Below, piece by piece: positions 15,808 to 24,074 of a stretch of DNA of 24,124 nt. Position numbers and translations under genes: made by a program. Each line of letters begins with the position of its first letter. Position 1 is the stretch's first letter. The notes under the pieces were generated by a model. The model saw nothing but the letters and a program-made list of their open reading frames with translations. It was not told the origin of the DNA and searched no databases. This DNA is from a virus: the UHGV virus genome UHGV-0149432. One strand, 5' to 3'.

Positions 15808-15837
15808 TGCCTGAAATCTACCAATGAGGACCCCAGC

Positions 15838-17034
15838 ATGAAACGCAACCGCGTTAACGTGCTGACCGTCGTCAACTCCGCTTCAAACATCACCACTGAA
15901 ACCATCGACGGCAAGCCACATATCGTGGTTCGCGGCATCACGCCTGTCGTGGACGATATCGTGATGAACCGGAAGTTGTACCCGGCAGCAGAAATCGAAA
16001 AGGCCTACAACACGCTCGAGCGTAACCCGATGCCGCTGGGCCACCCGAAAGTGGACGGCAAGCATGTGTCGGCACGTGATGTCCGGGCAGTGAATGAGTA
16101 CCACGTCGGGGCATGGCTTCAGAACGTCAGCCACAAGGACGGGAAGGTGATGGGCGACATGTACGTTAACCGCCAGTACGCCGAGTCCAGCGACAAGAGC
16201 AAGCGCCTGATTAACCGTTTGGATGAGATGCTGGCCGGCACCAACTCCGACCCGATTCACATTTCTACCGGCCTGCTGTATTCCGGCATAGCCGCCAACG
16301 GCGAATCGAAGGGCAAGAAGTACAACGAGATCGCCACCAACATGATGTTCGACCATGTGGCGGTGCTGCTTGATGAGCCTGGCGCCGGAACGCCGGAGGA
16401 GGGCGTGGGCATCTTCGTAAATGCTGAGGGTGATGAAGTCGAAATCGAGGTCGTCAATCTCGAAGAGTCCAATTCCCCAGACCAGCAAGACCCCGCATTC
16501 AAATCATTTTTCAACCAGCTAAAGGCGTTATTCGGCGCCAACAGCGATTCAACCCAGAAGGAAACAGACCCGATGAAAGAGCTCATCGTTAATGCGCTGA
16601 AGGCCAAAGGTAAATCGGTTGACGGTAAAACCGATGCCGAACTGATGGACGCATACAACCAAATGCTGGCAGAAAACGCCGGCAGCAAAGAAGAAACGCC
16701 TGAAGAGAAGGCCGCCCGTGAGAAGAAAGAAGCGGAAGACAAGAAGGCTAAAGAGCAGACCACCAACAGCGAAGAGATGCCAGCGTGGGCGAAGGTCCTT
16801 ACTGAGCAGGTCTCCGCAATTAATAGCCAGATCAATGCCAACTCTGACAAAGAGAAAGGCGAAAAGCGCGCCGCTGTAAAGCTGGCAATAAACATGAGCG
16901 ACGACGAAGTTGCAGATCTGGACGGTAAGGCGCTCGACGCCATGTACGCCAAGTGCCAGACATCTTTCGGCCTGAACGGTGCATTCCGCAACCAGGCTAC
17001 CAATACCCAATCAGTCAGCGAAATGCCGGAGTAA
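15838..17034 (+). CDS. putative head scaffolding / prohead protease-like protein
   Basis: 398-aa ORF with GAGGA SD; C-terminal half is Lys/Glu/Ala-rich and helical-looking (EEKAAREKKEAEDKKAKEQ), typical of scaffold proteins; position between morphogenesis and capsid genes. Confidence 0.6.
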   Translation: MKRNRVNVLTVVNSASNITTETIDGKPHIVVRGITPVVDDIVMNRKLYPAAEIEKAYNTLERNPMPLGHPKVDGKHVSARDVRAVNEYHVGAWLQNVSHKDGKVMGDMYVNRQYAESSDKSKRLINRLDEMLAGTNSDPIHISTGLLYSGIAANGESKGKKYNEIATNMMFDHVAVLLDEPGAGTPEEGVGIFVNAEGDEVEIEVVNLEESNSPDQQDPAFKSFFNQLKALFGANSDSTQKETDPMKELIVNALKAKGKSVDGKTDAELMDAYNQMLAENAGSKEETPEEKAAREKKEAEDKKAKEQTTNSEEMPAWAKVLTEQVSAINSQINANSDKEKGEKRAAVKLAINMSDDEVADLDGKALDAMYAKCQTSFGLNGAFRNQATNTQSVSEMPE

Positions 17035-17037
17035 AAA

Positions 17038-17481
17038 ATGGCTAAAGACGGAAAACACGTAATTCACGCGGGCGGCATTTTCGCTAACCCGCAACTTCAT
17101 CGCGAAGGTGCTGCTGCGGCAGCCACTCAGCCAGGTACTGTCGGTATTTTTGTTGATGGTAAGTTCACTGCTTCAACCGATGGCTCAGAAGCAGCAATTC
17201 ACTACGTTGCCAACTATGACTACCTGCGCTGCAAAACAGTAGACGATACAATCGCCGCTGGTGACTGGGTAGTTGCATTTCACCCCACTCCTGGTGTGTT
17301 CCTCAATTTGCGAGCAGCGGCGGGAACGTACTCAAAAGGCGATCCGGTTGCCGTGGACAATGGTCGGATCAAACTGGCAACGACTACAGGCGAAACGCCT
17401 GACACTGTGTTCGCATATGTAGAAGAAGACAAAGCGCTGACCGCTGCTGCTGGCGATCTGGTTCGCGTCGTATTCAAGTAA
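17038..17481 (+). CDS. putative head decoration / accessory capsid protein
   Basis: 147-aa Ala/Gly/Thr/Val-rich ORF immediately upstream of the major capsid gene; GGAG SD. Confidence 0.5.
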   Translation: MAKDGKHVIHAGGIFANPQLHREGAAAAATQPGTVGIFVDGKFTASTDGSEAAIHYVANYDYLRCKTVDDTIAAGDWVVAFHPTPGVFLNLRAAAGTYSKGDPVAVDNGRIKLATTTGETPDTVFAYVEEDKALTAAAGDLVRVVFK

Positions 17482-17492
17482 GGAGAGACTGA

Positions 17493-18503
17493 ATGTTTGC
17501 ATTTTCTATGAAAAAGGCGAAGGAGACCCGAAACTTTGAGGCCAACCAGGCTCAGTTTCAGGAGTTGCAATTCGCACGCAATGCTAGCGCTCAGGCTGTG
17601 GCAGATTTCATCTCCCGCGCGCAATTTCGTGGTGAGGCATCCAACGCCCCTGTACTGGATGTTGTTAATGCAGTAGACGATATCCGCCGACTGTATAAAG
17701 CGTATGACCAGACAGTACTGGCCGAGTTTGAGCCGACCACAGAGTTTACGCTACTGAATGATCTGATGCCGCTGTCCCGTTCCGTTCGTCTGGAAGAATC
17801 AGTGTACGAGTATGCCCGCAAAGGCGGACGAGGCTGGGCTCACACTTCTATGTCAGGTCAGATTGGTGCCGCTCTGGACGCGAAAAGCTACACCTTTGAC
17901 GGAACGATGGTGTCGATCCATGACAGCGGCTTTAAGTTCAACTGGCGTGATCCGGTATTCAACAAAGGTTCCGCTCTGGCATCACTGTCTGACGCTCAGG
18001 CAGGCTCTGTTGATGATGTTCGCCGTCAGTATGTGGACTATATCTGGAATGGTTTTCGCGACAGCGAAGGCAATTTCATCAAATTTGATGACTATACCTG
18101 GAAAGGGCTGCAGGCGGACGAGCGCGTTGCTCAGGTAACACTGACAGTAAACTTCGCGACCAGCACTGATCCAGACGCTATGCGTGCTGCCGCGATTGCG
18201 CTGCGCGATGTACTGAAGCTTCAAAACTATCAGTATGGCCAGCAGACCTGGCATGTGTCGGCAGAAATCATGTCCAACCTCGAGCAGTACTACGACACTC
18301 AGAATAAAACCCGCACCGTGCTGGAAGAGATTCTGAAGTTATCTGGTATTTCCGCAGTAAAAGAAGATGCTCAGTTGACCGGCAACCAGATCCTGATTGT
18401 TCCGCTGGGTGCTGGAGTTATTGCCCCCATTATTGGTCAGGCGTTCGGCACAGTAGCCGACCCGCGCCTCTTCTATAACAGCGATTATGTCTGGCGTACC
18501 TAG
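17493..18503 (+). CDS. putative major capsid protein
   Basis: 336-aa ORF with AAGGAG SD 7 nt upstream; size and position (after scaffold and decoration genes, before connector genes); ends on TAG. Confidence 0.65.
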   Translation: MFAFSMKKAKETRNFEANQAQFQELQFARNASAQAVADFISRAQFRGEASNAPVLDVVNAVDDIRRLYKAYDQTVLAEFEPTTEFTLLNDLMPLSRSVRLEESVYEYARKGGRGWAHTSMSGQIGAALDAKSYTFDGTMVSIHDSGFKFNWRDPVFNKGSALASLSDAQAGSVDDVRRQYVDYIWNGFRDSEGNFIKFDDYTWKGLQADERVAQVTLTVNFATSTDPDAMRAAAIALRDVLKLQNYQYGQQTWHVSAEIMSNLEQYYDTQNKTRTVLEEILKLSGISAVKEDAQLTGNQILIVPLGAGVIAPIIGQAFGTVADPRLFYNSDYVWRT

Positions 18504-18583
18504 GGTGCAGCTGGCCTGATGGTTAAGCAGGACATCAACGGTCACTTCTCTGTCGTTTTCGCTTCGAGCTAAGGGGGGGCGGC

Positions 18584-18790
18584 ATGGCACTGGTAAAAGT
18601 GGTCTCATCTAACCTCTTTTCCGGTGCCAATCTCCAGAAGTTGGAGGTTGGCATGACGTTAGAGGTTAGCGATGATGTTGCGGAACGCTGGGAATCTACT
18701 GGTCTGGTTGAGGTGATCGATGGCGGAGAGCGTCATATTGAGGTTGCCGCTCCAGCAGAGCCGAAAACCAAAGCGAAGAAGGGTAAATAA
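18584..18790 (+). CDS. hypothetical small head-module protein (68 aa)
   Basis: ATG with G-rich SD; within the structural operon. Confidence 0.45.
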   Translation: MALVKVVSSNLFSGANLQKLEVGMTLEVSDDVAERWESTGLVEVIDGGERHIEVAAPAEPKTKAKKGK

Positions 18791-18792
18791 CC

Positions 18793-19173
18793 ATGGCTGA
18801 CCCAATCACAGCGGCAGACGTGCAGGCGTTCCCCGGTGAATTGGGTTACTCCATTCCGGGCTCGCTGCTGGAGCCGATCCTCTGCGTAGTGAACAAGATT
18901 ATCCCATGCCTCGATGGCGCGGGGTATGACGAGTGCACCGCGAAGCTGATCCTGATGTACGCCGCCGCATTGATGGCTACGTCGTCCGGCGCGCGTCGCA
19001 TCAAATCGCAGGGCGCTCCGTCTGGCGCGTCCCGCTCGTTTGAATATGGCGACGACAGCATCAACTGGCTGCGCGACTCACTGGCGAAACTCGATACCAG
19101 CGGCTGCACCGGCGACCTGCCAATCAGCGCCGGGAGCAGCGTCGGCCTGTTCATGGTGGTCGGAGGCTGCTGA
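18793..19173 (+). CDS. putative head-tail connector (gp6-like adaptor)
   Basis: 126-aa ORF in the usual connector position after the capsid gene. Confidence 0.5.
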   Translation: MADPITAADVQAFPGELGYSIPGSLLEPILCVVNKIIPCLDGAGYDECTAKLILMYAAALMATSSGARRIKSQGAPSGASRSFEYGDDSINWLRDSLAKLDTSGCTGDLPISAGSSVGLFMVVGGC

Positions 19174-19346
19174 TGACGTACAAATCAGTTAAGCACGGGC
19201 TGCCGCGCTCTTTCACCCGCGTCTGGGTGATGACCGACACCGGGCGGGAGACGACTGGCCACGTGAAATCGGATGGCGAGTGGTTCATCAACTGCCCGCG
19301 CATCCGGGCGACCGGCGCGAAGGTGCTGCGCTGGAAGGAGGGCTGA
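19173..19346 (+). CDS. hypothetical small structural-module protein (57 aa)
   Basis: ATG overlapping upstream stop (TGATG); stop overlaps the next start (TGATG); translationally coupled. Confidence 0.35.
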   Translation: MTYKSVKHGLPRSFTRVWVMTDTGRETTGHVKSDGEWFINCPRIRATGAKVLRWKEG

Positions 19347-19687
19347 TGTCGAGCATTGCTTCGTGGAGCTATACCGCCACGGCGACCATCTGGCGCAAAC
19401 TGGAAGGCAATGACGAATACGGCGACCCGCTAGGCTATGCCGAACCTGAGCAAATCATCTGTGATTACGAGGGCGGACTCAGCAAGAAGCTAGCCAGCCT
19501 GGGCGCTGAAATCGTCGTGAAGAATACCGTCTGGACGGAGTTTGCGCTGGCGGCCGCTGGTGATTACCTGCTGATTGGGGTTTCGACTGAAGCAGACCCG
19601 GTTGTGGCCGGTGCCGACGAGGTGCGCCAGGTTATATCCGCTACGCCGACACGTTCGAACGCCTGGCGGATGATTACGCCATCCTGA
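19346..19687 (+). CDS. putative head-tail joining / head closure protein
   Basis: 113-aa ORF with AAGGAGG SD; position between connector and tail-completion genes. Confidence 0.45.
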   Translation: MSSIASWSYTATATIWRKLEGNDEYGDPLGYAEPEQIICDYEGGLSKKLASLGAEIVVKNTVWTEFALAAAGDYLLIGVSTEADPVVAGADEVRQVISATPTRSNAWRMITPS

Positions 19688-19733
19688 CGGGAGTATGATA
19701 GAGTCTTCTAAACCCACGCGTTGAGAGGAATTT

Positions 19734-19907
19734 ATGTCTGAAGTCAGCGGTTACAACACTGGTAATTTCACTCCAGAGTCAGCGGGAGTTGTTGCGGATA
19801 AGCTTAATGAAATTGCAGAGCTAATTCGTAATGATCCGTCTCTTCTCATTCAGTTGGAATGGAAAGAGTCAGAGGATTCAAAAGAAATCAGCATCATGTA
19901 TAAGTAG
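19734..19907 (+). CDS. hypothetical small acidic protein (57 aa), accessory insertion
   Basis: ATG with GAGAGG SD 5 nt upstream; AT-rich; followed by an intrinsic terminator; below the track size cutoff. Confidence 0.45.
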   Translation: MSEVSGYNTGNFTPESAGVVADKLNEIAELIRNDPSLLIQLEWKESEDSKEISIMYK

Positions 19908-19925
19908 CACAACGCATTCAGATAA

Positions 19926-19949
19926 GGTCGCTAAGGCGGCCTTTTTTAT
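19926..19949 (+). terminator. Rho-independent terminator
   Basis: GGTCGC-taag-GCGGCC stem followed by TTTTTT; near-identical to the 15784 element. Confidence 0.6.
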
Positions 19950-19963
19950 TGCCTGGAGAAAAA

Positions 19964-20332
19964 ATGGGCATCAAAGTGAAGGGCGTCAACTAGGCGAAGA
20001 GGCACCTGAACACTATTGTTGGTGATATACAGGGGAGAAAAGTCGTTCGTGCTATGCAATCTGCTTTGATTATAGGCGGAACGCAGGCGGCTCTGTATAC
20101 ACCAATTGATACTTCAACCCTCATAAACAGCCAATTCAGAGAGATTACGGTGAACGGAAATCGTGTTACTGGGCGCGTTGGATACACTGCTAACTACGCC
20201 GTTTATGTCCATGATCCGAATGTACCGCAGAACTTCCGCCGGGCAACGGCCAAGAAAGAATTTCTTACTAAAGGTTTCGAAGAAACCCGGCGACAGATAG
20301 ACGCTGCAATCGCCAAGGAAATGTCGTTATGA
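19964..20332 (+). pseudogene. HK97 gp10-like tail-completion protein with in-frame amber at codon 10
   Basis: ATG at 19964 gives MGIKVKGVN then TAG (19991-19993), then the same frame continues AKRHLNTIVGDIQGRKVVRA into the track ORF 20054-20332 (ALYTPIDTSTL...VGYTANYAVYVH); typical family N-terminus is split by the stop. Confidence 0.6.
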
Positions 20333-20555
20333 CTCCTCCAATGTACGAACGAGTACGTAATCGTCGCCCAGCAGCAGAAAAGGCATAGGAAATCATCAAT
20401 TATGTCGAACAGAACGACATTGCCGATGAGTGCCTTGGCCTGATTCAAAACCTCGGGAATATGCCAGCACCACTCCTGACTGAAGAGGGACGATTGGTCT
20501 TCCGACTTCAGTTCATGTGCGTTTACGGCGAATAGCCCCCATCACCAACCCATCA

Positions 20556-20580
20556 GGCTGCCATCCGGCGGCCTTTTTTA
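20556..20580 (+). terminator. Rho-independent terminator
   Basis: GGCTGCC-atcc-GGCGGCC stem (one G.U) followed by TTTTTT. Confidence 0.55.
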
Positions 20581-20594
20581 TTTGAGAGGTACAC

Positions 20595-21404
20595 ATGCAA
20601 GGCTGTGCTAATGATTTTGGCAAGCTGATCGGGAAAGTAACTGTGCTACGCATGGCCTTTGGCTGCCCCGACGCAGTGCCAGCGCTTTCCGAGTGGAAGC
20701 GTCTCGGCGCTATGACGACCAAGGGCATCGACTATTCGATGAACACCATCAACTCCGAAGCAGATGATGCTAAAGGGCTGGTGGAGAACCTGGTCAACAA
20801 CATGGATCTGACGATCTCCGGTGAAGGTGAGTTTCGCAAGTCGGATAAAGATAACGAGATCGGCGCGTGGCGTCTGTCGAAGTACATCTTTGATGAAGTG
20901 CAGGCAGGTCGGCAGCCTAACCTTTGGGTACGCTTCGACTTCGCTGGTGAGAACGCTGGCACCTACATTCAGGGCTACATGAATACCACGTCATGGTCTG
21001 GAGACTTCGGGACCAACGACATTTCCACTTTCTCTGGTGAGTGGAAAGTTTACGACGCTGACACCGTGGTGTTCGAAGTGGCTGATTCAATCGCTGTTAC
21101 TGGTGTTGAAGTTACTCCAGCTACATTTGATAACAAAATTGCAAATGGATATTATGATGGAACAACTCGCTGGGCTTGGTCTAATACATATACAGTACAG
21201 TTAACTACAGCTAGTATTACATGTTTTGGAACAGCTAACTCTGTTAACTTTGTAAAGCCTCCGCGCCTGCCAAGTTTTACTACCGCAGGAAGGCCCGCCC
21301 TTGGTCTTGTTGACGCAGGTGCGCAGATATTAGATACAACTTTAGGTTACGCTATAACATGGACCGGATCAGTATGGAAAAATGGTACTGGGACGATAGT
21401 GTAA
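20595..21404 (+). CDS. putative major tail (tube) protein with AT-rich C-terminal extension
   Basis: 269-aa ORF with GAGAGG SD 5 nt upstream; position after the gp10-like gene; C-terminal third is compositionally distinct. Confidence 0.5.
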   Translation: MQGCANDFGKLIGKVTVLRMAFGCPDAVPALSEWKRLGAMTTKGIDYSMNTINSEADDAKGLVENLVNNMDLTISGEGEFRKSDKDNEIGAWRLSKYIFDEVQAGRQPNLWVRFDFAGENAGTYIQGYMNTTSWSGDFGTNDISTFSGEWKVYDADTVVFEVADSIAVTGVEVTPATFDNKIANGYYDGTTRWAWSNTYTVQLTTASITCFGTANSVNFVKPPRLPSFTTAGRPALGLVDAGAQILDTTLGYAITWTGSVWKNGTGTIV

Positions 21405-21432
21405 AAACAGGCCGCGTTCGCGGCCTGTTTTT
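21403..21432. terminator. bidirectional Rho-independent terminator
   Basis: AAAAA-CAGGCCGC-gttc-GCGGCCTG-TTTTT between the convergent major tail gene and gtrC. Confidence 0.65.
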
Positions 21433-23131
21433 ATTCAGATAATAATTTTAATGTCTTAGCATTATTGTATAGTTCATTCCATTGAGGGTACATATTAACT
21501 ATGTTTTTTATAAAATCTTGGGACTCAGACTCAGTAAATGGCCTCTGCTTTTCATAGATATATGCAGAAACCCCTTTACTTAGTTGATATTTTTCATCAA
21601 GTTTTTTATATGCCGAACCTATACCTTTTCTATTTAACAATAAGGTCGCAGGGTAAGAGATGACCCTTTGTCCGTCCTTGTTTAAATGCAACTGTATGGG
21701 GTTAGTAACCACAACATATTTTGTGGAGAAAGCTTCCATCCTGAGTTTATCGCGCAAATCTACTTGAGATACACGGAATACACGAGGGGTAAGCTTGAAA
21801 TTAGATATTGTAAGTAACATATCATCATTTAAGATGTAGTTAGAGCTAAATACAGATATTTTATCGCCACTATTCGTAAGGGCTACAAGTCTATCACTCA
21901 GCCTTTTGTACTCGTCGAAATTGGAAACTTTATATGGGTATAATCCATCAGGAAATATATGGAAGCCATTTTTATAAGAAGGGAATGGTTTGTTAAAAGT
22001 GCTAACAGATATAAGCGTCATGCCTACCATAATTATGGTAAGTAAAGAATGTTCGGCATCCTTGCTCTTGAATAATGATGATATGTAATTTAGCCCAAAA
22101 ATAGAAACAAACAAGAACCACAGAGAGAATGGTAGAACATGATGAATGCCGGGTGTCTGAGTACCAGTAAATAATAGTACACTGATAACAAACGAGAAAG
22201 CAGAGAAAAGAACAAAAACGCTTTGCTTTGTTTTAATGTTTGAAATGGCACTAATTATGCCAAATATAAAAAATGGCATCATAAACAAACCAATATCTCC
22301 AAAAATCACCATAAGTGATTTTGAGAATCCATATTGGTAAGCTGAATACATGGTTGAGTAATCTGTAGATATTATTCTGGCTATTAACTCTTTCTGAATT
22401 AATAATGCAAGGGCAACAGTGATTATTCCTGAGATGAAAAAGTTAATCAATATGTTTTTTGCTTTGTTTAACTCGAACTTAAACTTAACATCATGATAAT
22501 AAGCCACAAAAAAAGGCAAGGTTATATATAAGGTGATGACCGTAAATATATACCATCTTCTAAATGCAAATGGCATCCATAACAGAATGCCGAGAAAAAC
22601 TGATTTAAATAACAATACTCTGTTTGATAAGTTATTTTTTATCGTAAAATAAATCACACAGAGAATAGGTATCAGTCCGACAACATCAGGCAAACCTCTA
22701 AGAGTTGGTTTCCAGAATGGAGTATATAATACAACAAGAATAGCTGTTGTTATTACATAGAATGCTGACTTGTTTTCAAATATTTTTAATAAAATAAATG
22801 TTGCCAATAAAATTACAGGGATTAAATATGTAATGGTTATAGCGTATATGTAAGCACTTCTTGAGTCGATGGGCAGAAATTTAAATGGAAATAATAATGC
22901 TGTAGACAGAGCGTTATAGTCATCCTTTGTTACTGTTGTATAAACAGACATGCCCCAGTCCAACGGGCTCTGGAACAACAGATCGGCGTATCTCATCCAT
23001 TGCATCCAAAAATTTTTGGAGTCCCAAAAGTACACGCTCTGTTCATTACCCATGAATACATGCACATTTAACAGAGCTAAAACTAACACAATCACAAAGG
23101 ATATAAAATATACTTTATTATTCTTTGTCAT
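21431..23131 (-). CDS. gtrC: GtrC-type serotype-specific O-antigen glucosyltransferase (polytopic membrane protein)
   Basis: 566-aa AT-rich ORF with many hydrophobic segments and a hydrophilic C-terminal domain; start overlaps the gtrB stop by 14 nt; canonical gtrA-gtrB-gtrC order. Confidence 0.65.
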   Translation of the reverse strand: MTKNNKVYFISFVIVLVLALLNVHVFMGNEQSVYFWDSKNFWMQWMRYADLLFQSPLDWGMSVYTTVTKDDYNALSTALLFPFKFLPIDSRSAYIYAITITYLIPVILLATFILLKIFENKSAFYVITTAILVVLYTPFWKPTLRGLPDVVGLIPILCVIYFTIKNNLSNRVLLFKSVFLGILLWMPFAFRRWYIFTVITLYITLPFFVAYYHDVKFKFELNKAKNILINFFISGIITVALALLIQKELIARIISTDYSTMYSAYQYGFSKSLMVIFGDIGLFMMPFFIFGIISAISNIKTKQSVFVLFSAFSFVISVLLFTGTQTPGIHHVLPFSLWFLFVSIFGLNYISSLFKSKDAEHSLLTIIMVGMTLISVSTFNKPFPSYKNGFHIFPDGLYPYKVSNFDEYKRLSDRLVALTNSGDKISVFSSNYILNDDMLLTISNFKLTPRVFRVSQVDLRDKLRMEAFSTKYVVVTNPIQLHLNKDGQRVISYPATLLLNRKGIGSAYKKLDEKYQLSKGVSAYIYEKQRPFTESESQDFIKNIVNMYPQWNELYNNAKTLKLLSE

Positions 23132-24074
23132 TTTCCGTTACCTCAGAAATAAAAAACTTTGGTCTTTTTTTACTTTCAATATATATCTTACCAATATACT
23201 CGCCAATCACACCAAGGCAGAGCATTTGAACTCCACCTATAAATAGTACAGCTAAAATCATCGACGCCCATCCACTAACAGTATGTCCAAGAAAATACTG
23301 GGCAAGAGTATATATAACTCCAATTGATGAAAGTATAGAGATAATAAAACCTAAAGCGGTTACGATCCTCAACGGAGTTACTGAGAACGATGTGATTCCT
23401 TCAAGGGCAAGAGCCAGCATTTTTCTGAGCGGGTACTTTGATTCTCCTGCCGCTCGCTCATGACGAGAATAGTACACTTTATCACTTGGATATCCGATCA
23501 GGGGGATAAGACCCCGAATATATAGGTTTTGTTCTTTATACTGTAAAAGGGAGTTGAGCGCCCTTCGACTTAACAGCCTAAAATCAGCATGATTTTCAAC
23601 CTGATTTACACCAAGCCTGGTCATTACCTTATAGAATGCTTCTGCTGTAAACTTCTTAAAAAAACTATCTGAGGTTCTGTCGTTCCTTACTCCGTATACT
23701 ATGTCGTGACCAGAGAGATAGGAGTCAACCATTTTTTCAATCACAGCGGTGTCATCTTGCAAGTCAGCATCAATACTTACAGTAATGTCAGATGTAGTGC
23801 ATGATGATAACCCTGCCATCAATGCAGTCTGATGGCCTTTATTTCGTGAAAGTTTTACCCCTTTCACCAGACAACTGTCACTTGATGCTTCTTCTATTAA
23901 TCGCCAGGTATTATCTTTGCTTCCATCATCAACAAAGACTATATGACTTTCTCTATCTATTTTCCCTTTGTCTTTCATTTCACTCATACGAGATGATAAC
24001 TCATTAAGACAAAGGCTAAAAACATCTTGCTCATTATAGCAAGGCACAACAATGGAAAGAACAGGCGCTTTCAT
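23118..24074 (-). CDS. gtrB: bactoprenol glucosyltransferase GtrB (GT2 family)
   Basis: 318-aa product; N-terminus MKAPVLSIVVPCYNEQDV, DDGSKD and DADLQDD motifs, two C-terminal transmembrane segments; strong resemblance to GtrB/ArnC-like GT2 enzymes. Confidence 0.9.
   Translation of the reverse strand: MKAPVLSIVVPCYNEQDVFSLCLNELSSRMSEMKDKGKIDRESHIVFVDDGSKDNTWRLIEEASSDSCLVKGVKLSRNKGHQTALMAGLSSCTTSDITVSIDADLQDDTAVIEKMVDSYLSGHDIVYGVRNDRTSDSFFKKFTAEAFYKVMTRLGVNQVENHADFRLLSRRALNSLLQYKEQNLYIRGLIPLIGYPSDKVYYSRHERAAGESKYPLRKMLALALEGITSFSVTPLRIVTALGFIISILSSIGVIYTLAQYFLGHTVSGWASMILAVLFIGGVQMLCLGVIGEYIGKIYIESKKRPKFFISEVTENDKE

Noticed and set aside
11045-16488. Long antisense or alternative-frame ORFs inside terminase, portal and scaffold genes (e.g. 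11604-12107(-), 14098-14418(+), 15883-16488(-), 16257-17003(-))
   Set aside because: Embedded in high-GC coding sequence of clearly conserved phage genes; products are Arg/Ala/Ser-rich low-complexity; typical shadow ORFs.
7385-20535. Genetic-code reassignment of TAG to a sense codon in this phage
   Set aside because: TAG is still used as a terminal stop (capsid gene, 19905 gene) and TAA/TGA usage looks ordinary; in-frame TAGs occur only in a few genes alongside a frameshifted ninG.
20329-20535. 68-codon ORF between the gp10-like and tail genes as a bona fide gene
   Set aside because: Interrupted by TAG at 20386 and no recognisable product; noted under the TAG pattern but not annotated.
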